Shown: positions 32,609-42,358 of the stretch, one piece after another
How positions within the stretch are numbered: position 1 is the stretch's first letter
Layout of the letters: every line of letters begins with the position of its first letter
Assembly (NCBI GenBank): GCA_008369845.1
Contig: MRSU01003374.1
Coordinates: 1-57,653 of the forward strand
From: Trichomonas gallinae
Taxonomy: Eukaryota
Direction of reading: 5' to 3'
Length of the DNA stretch: 57,653 nt
Program-made: the position numbers and the translations under genes
Notes under the pieces: generated by a model
Database searches by the model: none
Seen by the model: only the letters and a program-made list of their open reading frames with translations
What the model was told of the DNA's origin: nothing

Positions 32609-32869
32609 TTTTCATACTTTACATTGGCAAATTGACAAATAATTTGTCAGTTTACATTGTCAAATCAACTTATATTTTGCTTGTTTACATTGACAAAAAA
32701 AATAAAAGTGACATAATTATTAAAGGATCGTTCGAGCAGTGACAAGCAAAACATACTCATCACTTGGTAAACCGCGTGTGCACAGTATATCTAGTATAAA
32801 GAAGAGTTTATTCTTAGAAAATGTCAAAATTCATGAAAATTTTAAAAATTCGAGTTACATCGTTAAAAA

Positions 32870-34021
32870 TTGATTTCTTATACTTTACCGAATAAATTAA
32901 AAGGTGATGTGAGTAATAGTATAGTAATATCGAAAAATAAATACAACTTTAATTATCCTTGCAAATCATTAACCGATTGTACGGATTACAACTTGACACT
33001 ATTCCCAGGTGTTTACCTCATTGAGCTCTACGGTGCATCAGGTGGATGCTCATCTGGCATCTCTAGTCTCTTTCAAGACTCTCAAGGAAACTGTCCGTAT
33101 GTTGAAGAATCTATTTCCGTTGGCACGAACTTAGAATGCACGAAACAGCAAAGCCGCTGTGGCTCTGGTGGTTACGTCTCAGGCATCCTTTCCCTATCTA
33201 AGCGATCTCGGGCTTTTTTGACCCTAGGAGGAAAAGGTGACTACTACTCTAAAAGAAACTCATACCACACTCCAGCTGACTACGAACCTCCTAATATGGT
33301 TCGTGGAGGCTATGGTGGAGGTGGAAGTGGTGCTAACTTTAATGATGGTGAAAACCCAGGAACAGGAAGTGGAGGCGGTCAGACGTCTCTCTCATTCGAT
33401 GAAAACGATCTTTGGCATCGAGTTCTTGTAAGTGGTGCAGGAGGCGGTGCTGATAACCGTCCAGGTACCTACCGTGGTATTGATGATGGCTCAGGAGGCT
33501 CTGGTGGTGGACTCACTGCACAGGGCTGGTGGAGTGATGGTAATTATGTAGGAAAGTACGTTGCGAATTCAACTTCTGGATTCACTTTTGGATCAGGTGA
33601 AGCAGCACAGCAAGCCAAGTCACTTAACTCTAAAGGCGTGTCGGCATCGATTGGGTCTAGTGATAGGCCTGGATCTGGAGCTGGCTGGTTTGGCGGCTTT
33701 GCTGGACAAGATGGGAATGGTGGAGCAGGTGGTGGGAGCTCTTGGGCTCTCACGAAAGATGCTATCATTCCTCAAGGAATCATTGATGCACACAATGAAT
33801 TTTACGAATTAATTGGCAGCCACGAATATGCATTCAGCAAGAGCAGTCCTTACATGTTTGAGAATGTTAGACACATTCCAGGCGTCTGGCAAGGAAATGG
33901 AAAAGCCGTCTTCACTATCCTAAGCAAATATCCTTTGAATTTAGAGTGCAGTTGTTTTCACGGATTTGAAAGTGCTAGTAATTTGTTTGTAATGCTCCCT
34001 ATAATATATCTATATGACTAA
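32870..34021 (+). CDS. Trichomonad glycine-rich protein (Gly_rich/ALK-LTK-like domain; often annotated PE-PGRS or loricrin-like); TTG at the expected start
   Basis: YPC...DCTDY, ELYGASGG, GSGGYVSG, GGGQTS...LWHRVLVSGAGGG, GGGSSW; hydrophobic C-terminus; first in-frame ATG only at 33296. Confidence 0.7.
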   Translation: MISYTLPNKLKGDVSNSIVISKNKYNFNYPCKSLTDCTDYNLTLFPGVYLIELYGASGGCSSGISSLFQDSQGNCPYVEESISVGTNLECTKQQSRCGSGGYVSGILSLSKRSRAFLTLGGKGDYYSKRNSYHTPADYEPPNMVRGGYGGGGSGANFNDGENPGTGSGGGQTSLSFDENDLWHRVLVSGAGGGADNRPGTYRGIDDGSGGSGGGLTAQGWWSDGNYVGKYVANSTSGFTFGSGEAAQQAKSLNSKGVSASIGSSDRPGSGAGWFGGFAGQDGNGGAGGGSSWALTKDAIIPQGIIDAHNEFYELIGSHEYAFSKSSPYMFENVRHIPGVWQGNGKAVFTILSKYPLNLECSCFHGFESASNLFVMLPIIYLYD

Positions 34022-34263
34022 AAGTTTAAAATATCAAAGAGATCTAGAGAAACAATTTGAGTAAATTCATTGAATTTTTCACAAAATAAAGATAGAATTG
34101 CCAAATATTTGTAAACTGACTTGATTTGTAAATTTCAAAAATGACTCAAAGATCATTGTAGATATCAAATTATTGCTGTTAATTAGAAGAAAGAAGAAGT
34201 TTGATAAAACAAAATTTAATTATAATAGAAATAAAATAATCTATACAACAAAAATTACTTCAG

Positions 34264-37200
34264 TTATATTCTCTGCTTCCTCTCGCAGAGAACTGTTCCG
34301 TCATCCTTAACCTGGAATATCACATTCTTAGCATCAGAGACAAGCTCGTATAATTCCTTGTTGATGTGGACCTTCATTGGCTCACCGCCACTTTCCATCG
34401 CTTGTGCATCGTTGACGACCTGTCCGTATACATCGAACGCTGGTTTTCTGATACCCATCAAACCTGCTGAGATTGGACCACCGTGTGCAACACCGACTCT
34501 GACTCTCAGTTTAGTGCCAAGCTTGGCGTTAACTTCGTTGATTGAGTCAACCAAATCCAATGCGAACGAGAGCATCTGGTGCGCTGACTCTGACAATGTA
34601 TCGCCTTTGTCGAAAATGCCTGCAGCACTCATGTAGCAGTCACCGATTGTCTTGATTTTAGTCACGCTTCTATATCTCAAGCACTTGTCATCGAACAGAG
34701 TGAACATTGTGTTCAGCGTGTTGACGACACCTTCGGCTGTCTGTGATGCGCACCATGGTGTGAACTGCACGATATCGCAGAAAGACACGCAGACTTTGTC
34801 GACTGTCATGGAGATGGACTTCTGGTCTTTGAGCAGTTGCGAGGCAATTTCCTTTGGAAGGATCTGGTTGATGATTTGCATGAACTTGCTTGTCTCCTTC
34901 TCGATGAGTTCTTGTTGTACAATTTCATTTGTTGTATCGTGGAATGTGAGAGAGAACATCGTAGCGCCGTGTGACCTTCCAATGATTGAGTTCTGCTCGC
35001 CTTTGAACAAAGGAAGAATTGTCAGCGAGTAGTACTTCCTTCTATCTCTGTATGTGCCGATGATATCATAAGTAACAACAGTGATTCTGTCATCTTGGAT
35101 GTAGTTGCTGATGATGAAATCGAGCGGTGTTGCGTCGAATGTTGCCGATGTCAGCTGAATGTTCAAAGCGTCGCAGATGACTTTAGACTGCGGACGTTTG
35201 ACTGTCATCTTCGTGGCGGCTGCGTTCATTGTGATAATGTGTTGCGACATGTTGATAACGAAGACAGGGTCAGGAAGTGTCTGAAGAATGATATCATAGA
35301 ATGTCTGATCAAAATCAAGTTCGTCGTTTTCTAATTGTGTTGTTGAGTTGTTCAACGCGCGTGTTGTATCATTGCTCAAAGCCTTTTCGTTGAGATGCTC
35401 GAGCAAGCTGACTGTGTCCATGAACGGTTCGTCGAACCTCTTCAGTGTCCAGACAATAATTGCGTAAAGGATGATAGGAATGGCAGAATAGAAGATGCAA
35501 CAGACAATGATTTCGATTCCTGTTGTTGTGATCTTTGACTCCCAGCCAGCGGACATTATATCAATCAGATAAGTGCAGACAGGGTCGACGTCGTTGAAGA
35601 AGATCTGCAGCTGTGTGATGTATTCTTCTGGGACTCTCTCGAGCTCAACCAAAAGGGCACTGCTGGCCACCCACTTCTGAATGACAGCGTTATCAAGCCA
35701 GTTGTTGTACGTGTCGGAATAAGTCGTGTCGTTGTTCACTTCTTGTGAGCGCTTCTCTGACTGGAATATGAACTCAGAATGCAATGTCTGTAATGTCTTG
35801 ATGAAGTTCTCTTTGTCTGCGCCGCTTTCGTCGCTGAAGTATATGTAGAAGTTAGTCTGTGCGATATCGCAGAGCATTGTGAATTGGTTGTTGACTCTGA
35901 TGAAATCATTCTTGATTGTTGTGAGTTGCTCTGAGTAGCTTGTGAACTTGATGATCATGACAACACCAGCTGCTAAGCATCCAATGAAGTAAATTGTCGC
36001 TGGAATAATGATGGAAAGCAATGATCCGCCTTGATATGCATTTGATGCGTGCCAAATGTTGTCATTTCCCCAGACGTTTCGCATCTGTGATTGCAAGAAG
36101 ACGTTTATAGCTGAAAGAGCAGTTTTCTGAGTGTCTCTAAGCGAAGAGAAGAAAATTGAATTTTTGCTGTTCGCTTTTCTTATGCAGAAGAACAAAACAA
36201 GTGGAAACACAATCAAATGTGTGAACGAGAAGCCAACTGTGTAATAAAATGTAAGTTTTCCTTCTTCCATTAATTCGATTTTGTCAACTTGATCAAAAAC
36301 GCTTGAAATGAATGTATCACTCAAATTGCTGATCTCCTGCAGCAGCGAGAATGACTCATTTATGTCTCCAGTTGTGTATTTAATAAATTGAGTGTCATTT
36401 AAGGCCAATTCAGCTGATATGAACAGGAATGGGAACATGGCGTGGAATAAACTGAAATTACTCTTCAACAACGCAATATAATACATTTGATCAGTTAAAT
36501 TCTGGAAAACAGTCGAAATTTCTGTCTGTGAGTCACCTCCAACAGTGGAGAACTGCGAGATGTTATCCATGAGCTCTGTGATGTTCTGAACAAGTTTATC
36601 TCGAAAATCTATATAAGAATCGTCTCCATTCCAAAACGTTGACTCATTCGTCGTCGGGTTCCTGTAGAACAGTTCAACAGGGAACAAAAATGTTTGCAGA
36701 CGTTTGATTCTTCTCAATAATCTGTAAATGTACTTAATTCTGACGACATTTGACTCCTGTTGGACCGTTGACAGCATAAATGGAAGCAAAATGACAAGAT
36801 AACCGAGGAAGAAAACTGTGATAATAATTACGACAGGATGAAGGAAGGAACTCAAGAAAGGTCCGCGTTTTGCGAGCTTCACTGTTGGCCTTCCTGTGAA
36901 ATTCTCCTCGTTTTTCAGCATTTCGACAACGCCGTGACCGATTAAATTCGGTGTTGGCTGAACGAATGATTCTAGGCGATCTGGGTTGTGAATAACAACT
37001 GATATGAGCTTTGGAAAGACTTCGAGTGCGCTTTCAATGAAATTATCCTTGTATGATGCCCAAAATTCCATTTCTGGTATCATTGGATGATTTGGCGAAA
37101 CACGCTTGAACAAGTCCAAGAAGAAAGCACCATCTTCGTTATTCGGGTATGTCTGAAGGAAACTGAGCAATAACTTCGCTGTTTTTCCGATTAATTTGTG

Positions 37201-38613
37201 ATATGGGAAAGTTCTCAATGGAATGGCGTCTGTCATTTCGTTCATGACACATTTGAAGAATTCGCTCATAGAACACAGCAGTTTCCACATCTGTTTTTGA
37301 ATTTTGACGACATCATTTCGATAACCGGAAAGATTGCGCGATCGAACCATATCTGTCATGAGACTCAAGTCGAAAACGTCCTTCAGAGGCAAAAATGATC
37401 CTTTCGGTATTAATGATTTTCTTAATTCTGTAGAATCAATCGGGAAGTCATCAAATATCAAGCATTGGAAAGCTAATGCCGAGCATAGATCATAGTTATC
37501 GTGGAATCTCTCGAAAAGCTGTTTAACGTGTGTTAAATTAACAATTGACGGAGCAGCTTCGCGGAGGCCAATCATGAGGTCCATAGCAGCGCGGTTTGCT
37601 GATGGAACGTATTCAGCATAGTTTGGACGAGAAAGAGCCTGTAAAACTCTGCTTTTTTCACGAACTGAATATGTGATGAAATAACCGAAGGAAAAGAAGG
37701 TGATAACAAGGAAAACACAGAAAACTATCTCCGGAGACAAGAAATCAGATATGACTGTCGATAATGCGATAATCAATGATGTGAAGAAACAAGTGAAAAG
37801 TATTGTTTGAATGATGACATTTTGATAGGCATAGATCCAGTTAATCCTTACGATTTCCTTATAGAACAAATAAGCGAAAATAAGCAAAATTACAAATGAT
37901 GGAATTCCTTTTTCAATTAATCTTGGAGATACCGCATTGAATCCGAACGATATGATTGATATGCATGATACTATTCGCAAAGAAACCGAATAATACGTAG
38001 TATAGAAAAATTGCTCACTCGAATTTAGCGTGTTTTGAACGATTGTGTATATGATTTGCATCCTTAGAACGCATAAGAAGAACAAAAATAGATACGTTAG
38101 TGAAACAATCTTGTTTGATTCTCTAAGTGATGCTCCAAAGAACGAGCAAATTCCAGGATAAAGGGATGCAAAGCATATAGCTTCCAAGTACTTTGAAGTT
38201 ACTAGCAAAGGCAAAGGAATTCGCCGCTGTTTTGCGAAATAAATTAATGTTATCAGCAATATTACAAGTTCAAGTATGTAAATTGCTAGAAATATTGCAC
38301 CCTCGCCATTCATTTCACCGAAATTAAAGGGTACGATGCGTACAAGCGCAACAGATCCTAGAGCAGTAACTGCATGCTGCATTTTCTCGGATCTCTTCCA
38401 GAAAACAGTATTCCACGGCTGCAATCCGATGACTAGTAACTGATAACATAGATAAGAGAAAATTATAGTTCGAATATATTGATTAAATTTTATGCGGTGG
38501 CATCTGTATCTGTTGAAGTATAGCAACATGAAGTTCTTAGAGAATATTGTACCATCCAAAAACAAGTTGGAGACCACAGTGACGTGGCGAGTTGCAAAAC
38601 TTGATGGATGCGT
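34264..38613 (-). CDS. Transmembrane adenylyl cyclase (class III) with PAS-like domain; probable start codon is ACG at 38613 (first in-frame ATG 38529)
   Basis: Many TM segments; LPDPVFVIN PAS-like region; FCDIVQFT, KIKTIGDCYM, RVRVGVAHGG, FDVYGQVVN; Lys and Asp at the ATP-specifying positions. Confidence 0.88.
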   Translation of the reverse strand, partial: THPSSFATRHVTVVSNLFLDGTIFSKNFMLLYFNRYRCHRIKFNQYIRTIIFSYLCYQLLVIGLQPWNTVFWKRSEKMQHAVTALGSVALVRIVPFNFGEMNGEGAIFLAIYILELVILLITLIYFAKQRRIPLPLLVTSKYLEAICFASLYPGICSFFGASLRESNKIVSLTYLFLFFLCVLRMQIIYTIVQNTLNSSEQFFYTTYYSVSLRIVSCISIISFGFNAVSPRLIEKGIPSFVILLIFAYLFYKEIVRINWIYAYQNVIIQTILFTCFFTSLIIALSTVISDFLSPEIVFCVFLVITFFSFGYFITYSVREKSRVLQALSRPNYAEYVPSANRAAMDLMIGLREAAPSIVNLTHVKQLFERFHDNYDLCSALAFQCLIFDDFPIDSTELRKSLIPKGSFLPLKDVFDLSLMTDMVRSRNLSGYRNDVVKIQKQMWKLLCSMSEFFKCVMNEMTDAIPLRTFPYHKLIGKTAKLLLSFLQTYPNNEDGAFFLDLFKRVSPNHPMIPEMEFWASYKDNFIESALEVFPKLISVVIHNPDRLESFVQPTPNLIGHGVVEMLKNEENFTGRPTVKLAKRGPFLSSFLHPVVIIITVFFLGYLVILLPFMLSTVQQESNVVRIKYIYRLLRRIKRLQTFLFPVELFYRNPTTNESTFWNGDDSYIDFRDKLVQNITELMDNISQFSTVGGDSQTEISTVFQNLTDQMYYIALLKSNFSLFHAMFPFLFISAELALNDTQFIKYTTGDINESFSLLQEISNLSDTFISSVFDQVDKIELMEEGKLTFYYTVGFSFTHLIVFPLVLFFCIRKANSKNSIFFSSLRDTQKTALSAINVFLQSQMRNVWGNDNIWHASNAYQGGSLLSIIIPATIYFIGCLAAGVVMIIKFTSYSEQLTTIKNDFIRVNNQFTMLCDIAQTNFYIYFSDESGADKENFIKTLQTLHSEFIFQSEKRSQEVNNDTTYSDTYNNWLDNAVIQKWVASSALLVELERVPEEYITQLQIFFNDVDPVCTYLIDIMSAGWESKITTTGIEIIVCCIFYSAIPIILYAIIVWTLKRFDEPFMDTVSLLEHLNEKALSNDTTRALNNSTTQLENDELDFDQTFYDIILQTLPDPVFVINMSQHIITMNAAATKMTVKRPQSKVICDALNIQLTSATFDATPLDFIISNYIQDDRITVVTYDIIGTYRDRRKYYSLTILPLFKGEQNSIIGRSHGATMFSLTFHDTTNEIVQQELIEKETSKFMQIINQILPKEIASQLLKDQKSISMTVDKVCVSFCDIVQFTPWCASQTAEGVVNTLNTMFTLFDDKCLRYRSVTKIKTIGDCYMSAAGIFDKGDTLSESAHQMLSFALDLVDSINEVNAKLGTKLRVRVGVAHGGPISAGLMGIRKPAFDVYGQVVNDAQAMESGGEPMKVHINKELYELVSDAKNVIFQVKDDGTVLCERKQRI

Positions 38614-38621
38614 TTTTTAAG

Positions 38622-38627
38622 AACTGA
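38622..38627 (-). promoter_or_regulatory. Inr-like element TCAGTT about 12 nt upstream of the ACG putative start
   Basis: Minus strand reads AATTCAGTTCTTAAAAAACGCATCCA; TCAGTT also precedes the UNG and CK2-beta starts. Confidence 0.45.
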
Positions 38628-39169
38628 ATTTTATCAGGTTTACACGAAATTTTTAATTTTGCTATTTTTAGCTTAACTATTATGTTTTCTGCTTATTTAT
38701 CTAAAAAAATCAACCTTACAAAGAAAATTTTTTGATTTGTTTATCATTTTACAAAAACTTGAAATTTTTCAATATCTTATAGACATTTATTGTTATTTAT
38801 TTAATATTCTCATATGCCATATATTTATCTTATATATTTTAATACTTTTAATTAATTTTGTTGGTTGCTTTCCATAAAATCTTGCACTTTTTATCACCGT
38901 AGATTCAAATAATTTTAAAAAAAAAAAAATAATCAGAGCTTTTAAACTATATGAATATTCATAATCTGTTTTAAAAACAATAAATGTTACCAAAAACACT
39001 GAATATATGAAATATTTAATATATTTTTGATTCAAAACTCATTAAACAATCATGTAATATAACTAGTTTAAATTATATTTAGGAGTATTTCAAGATAGTA
39101 ATCATTGGAAGTTGAATTTGAGAAAAAAATAAAATAATTACATGAATTTATATAAAAACATAAATAAAA

Positions 39170-41614
39170 TTACTTGCGCGGTGTTTTCACGCCCATAGAA
39201 CGCTCCTTTTCCAGCCTCTGCACTCTAGCGATGAGTGTTGCAACAGCTTTTTGAATCTTATATTCAGTCCAAGCTCCATTTACCTGGAAGCACTGTGAAA
39301 GAATAGGAATTAAGTGGCTGTGCTCAGAATACTTTGATGGCGAAACGTTGTCAAATGACAAATCTCTTTCTTTGATCTTAGATGAACTATCATCAGCCAA
39401 AAGTTGTTTTTCATTGTACATAATCGACAACTCTTGAATATTCTGCTGGCTCTCTTTAAGTCTAGACGACAATTTCTTATTCTGCAGTTCTAGCTCTAAT
39501 CTGTGCCTATCATAAGCGTTCTGAACTTTCTGTAATTCAGCGTGATATTTTTCTTGCTCGTCCTTAAGTATCTTTTCGATTCTTCTCTCGAAATCTTGCT
39601 TGTTTTCGTCTATTTCTCTCTTGATGAACCTGTTTTCTGCCTCTTTGCTGCTGACATCCTGCTGGTATTTATCGCATTTCGCTTGTAATTCGAGAATATT
39701 CTTTCTTAATTCGCCGTTTTCGTTTTGCAGTCTTATGATGTTTTGCTCGATTTCTGATTTCTTGTTTGATTCTATAGTTTCGTGGCGAATTTCGTCTATA
39801 ATGTTGCGCGCTTGTATAGGAATCTCAGCGAAGTCTACATTAGAGCCTGTCACTGGTCTCAATTCGATCTCCATGTTCGTCAAAACGCTGTTAACTTCAT
39901 CGATGAACATCGCCAAACATTTCGCGTCGTTGGTTTCATCGATGCGTCTGTGGAACTGCGAAATTAATGTCTGTTTTGCGTTGATTATTGATGTCTGAAT
40001 ATCTCTAATGAAAGAGTAGATTGTGTCTAAAATATCTTCGATTTCTAAATCTGGGAAGAATTTCATGAATGATTTCACTCTTCGGTTCTTTTCATTGATT
40101 ATATCAATAAGCTTTCCATTAACTGTTGAAATCAATGAAACAATTGCGAATATCTTTGAATTTTTGTTTTGAGTGAGAATTGTCAATAAATCATCTGTTG
40201 CCTGCTCGCTACCTATAGATGTCTCGAAAACTGGTGTTTCACTTGAAATATTTTGAATGTTCAAGCAGTTGTTTATAGATTCTCTAACTTTATCAAGAAT
40301 TTCTTGGTTCTTGTTTAATGAAATAGAAGAAGTTAGTGGAGTTGCAGTTACATCTTCGTCATTGATGAATTTATTAACAAAGGAAACTAATCCATTAATT
40401 AATGATTTGTAGACTTCGATTTCTTCTTTGTTTGCCTCTTGATTTTGTTCATTCTGTTTCTTGTTCACTAGTTTTCTTATTTCTGCAGGAAGCTTCGTTT
40501 CATCGCCTTTGAAATTGATATATTTTTTAATTGTATCAATGATTTGCTTGTAATAATTGAATCCACCCAGTAATTTTGACTTTTGTTCCTCTAATTCATC
40601 AATAGTTTTCTCGAGATCATTAGCTGGGTTAAGATCTGAATCACCGATCTCTATATCCTTGCTTAATTCTTCTTCTAGCTGGCTTGTCAGCTTATTCGCT
40701 TGCTCGATTGCTTCTCTAGTCTCGTTTAGTTTTTCTTCGGCCATCCTGTAGTTCTCTGATCCATTGTATTTTCGCGGAGAGTCTTCTTTTGTCGGTGACA
40801 ATCTCATTTCTGTCGAATTTGGAGATGTCATTGAGTTATGGGCTGATTCAGAAAGACTTGAAATCGTTTGTTGAAGCTTTTCGATTTCTGTTTCTAGCTG
40901 TACACATTTCGCTTTTGAAATGTTATACTGTCTCTTTGCATCAGAAAGCTCAGTGTCTTGTTTATGTAGTTTATTTTCGATTTCTTGGACATTATTTAAA
41001 CTTTTGATATATTTATCTTGAATTGAGATGACTTCGTTCTTAAAATCGTCTCTTTCTTGTGAAGCATGCTTAAGAGCTGACTGTAAATCTGTTATTTTCA
41101 TTTTAAGTTGATCGTGAATTGCAGAATTTTGTGATTTTACTTTAGAAAGAGTTTCTTTTGATGTTTTCAGTCTGTTTTTGAGTTCACCAATTTCCTCTGA
41201 TTGATTCTCTTTCTCTGAACGCAATGTAAAAAGCTCAGATCTTAATTTATCAATTTCATCGTCATTTTCCTCGGAATGTTCTACATTTACTCTCGGCGGT
41301 GTGTTTAATCTGATTAACGCGTTCGATGAGAGAAGAGAGTTTCTTAACTCATTGATTGATTCATTTATCAAAAATCTAAAACCGAAATCGATCATTTTGG
41401 CTAAATCATTGTTTATTGGCGTATTTTCTGCAGACTGCAGCGCATTCATGAGAAGAGATCCTAATTTCGTAAGAAATGGACGCCCTTTGTTGAATTCGTT
41501 CAATTGAGGCAATTCTGTGTTCATTTCCTCCTTCAATAGGTCTTGCAAACGCTCCAATGGACTCATTTTAGACATATATGAACGAGTTGGCGATGTTTGT
41601 CCTTGAGATTCCAT
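39170..41614 (-). CDS. Long coiled-coil protein of unknown function (ORF open from 41692)
   Basis: E/K/Q/N-rich heptad repeats; AAAATG context at 41614. Confidence 0.8.
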   Translation of the reverse strand: MESQGQTSPTRSYMSKMSPLERLQDLLKEEMNTELPQLNEFNKGRPFLTKLGSLLMNALQSAENTPINNDLAKMIDFGFRFLINESINELRNSLLSSNALIRLNTPPRVNVEHSEENDDEIDKLRSELFTLRSEKENQSEEIGELKNRLKTSKETLSKVKSQNSAIHDQLKMKITDLQSALKHASQERDDFKNEVISIQDKYIKSLNNVQEIENKLHKQDTELSDAKRQYNISKAKCVQLETEIEKLQQTISSLSESAHNSMTSPNSTEMRLSPTKEDSPRKYNGSENYRMAEEKLNETREAIEQANKLTSQLEEELSKDIEIGDSDLNPANDLEKTIDELEEQKSKLLGGFNYYKQIIDTIKKYINFKGDETKLPAEIRKLVNKKQNEQNQEANKEEIEVYKSLINGLVSFVNKFINDEDVTATPLTSSISLNKNQEILDKVRESINNCLNIQNISSETPVFETSIGSEQATDDLLTILTQNKNSKIFAIVSLISTVNGKLIDIINEKNRRVKSFMKFFPDLEIEDILDTIYSFIRDIQTSIINAKQTLISQFHRRIDETNDAKCLAMFIDEVNSVLTNMEIELRPVTGSNVDFAEIPIQARNIIDEIRHETIESNKKSEIEQNIIRLQNENGELRKNILELQAKCDKYQQDVSSKEAENRFIKREIDENKQDFERRIEKILKDEQEKYHAELQKVQNAYDRHRLELELQNKKLSSRLKESQQNIQELSIMYNEKQLLADDSSSKIKERDLSFDNVSPSKYSEHSHLIPILSQCFQVNGAWTEYKIQKAVATLIARVQRLEKERSMGVKTPRK

Positions 41615-42358
41615 TTTATAAAAGTGCCAAAATGCCATCTTCCCTATATACCCTAAACTAGTATTTACTCCGAAAAATCCTGATTTTAGCATTTTCTGTT
41701 GATAATGAGACCTACCATTCTGTTATCCATGACTTCTTGCGATCTTTTTGGTGATATATTTGATTTGAAAAAATATATGAATTTATAGGATTCTTTTTAC
41801 GTGATATGATTTTATCTCCCTATAAACTATTATCTGTTTAGATAAATATAGAATATTACCATTTTAATAAAATTTTTCTATAATTATCAAAGAAGCACAG
41901 CTAAATATGAATTGTTATTTAGCAACAGCGAGTCCATTCTACCATAGATTGTTACTCTATTCATAATTCACATTTTACAGGAATTTATTTTTTGAATATT
42001 TTGTGCTCGTTACATTTTCTTTTGATAATCTGTTTTATTTTGTGTAGTAACTATAAAATCTATGAAGAACAAGAGAAAATAGTATATTTCATATATTTTT
42101 GCAAGAGTAACAATATTACTAAGAAGTATCATGATGAATAGTTAAATATAAGCTTATCATGTGTTGCTTTATTGATATAATGATTATACAAGTAAAATTA
42201 TAGCAATGATATCAATTTATCTTTTGATTTTTCCTGATAAGAAATAATGAATTAAAATATAGTTTAATTTTAAAGTATAACAAGAACAAGTAACTGTTAT
42301 TACTACATAAATTAATATAATATTTTTTAATAATATAGACAAATATTTTTTTGTGGTC

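Noticed and set aside
32870..34021. Mycobacterial PE-PGRS horizontal transfer
   Set aside because: No PE domain; similarity is only Gly richness, and composition is host-like
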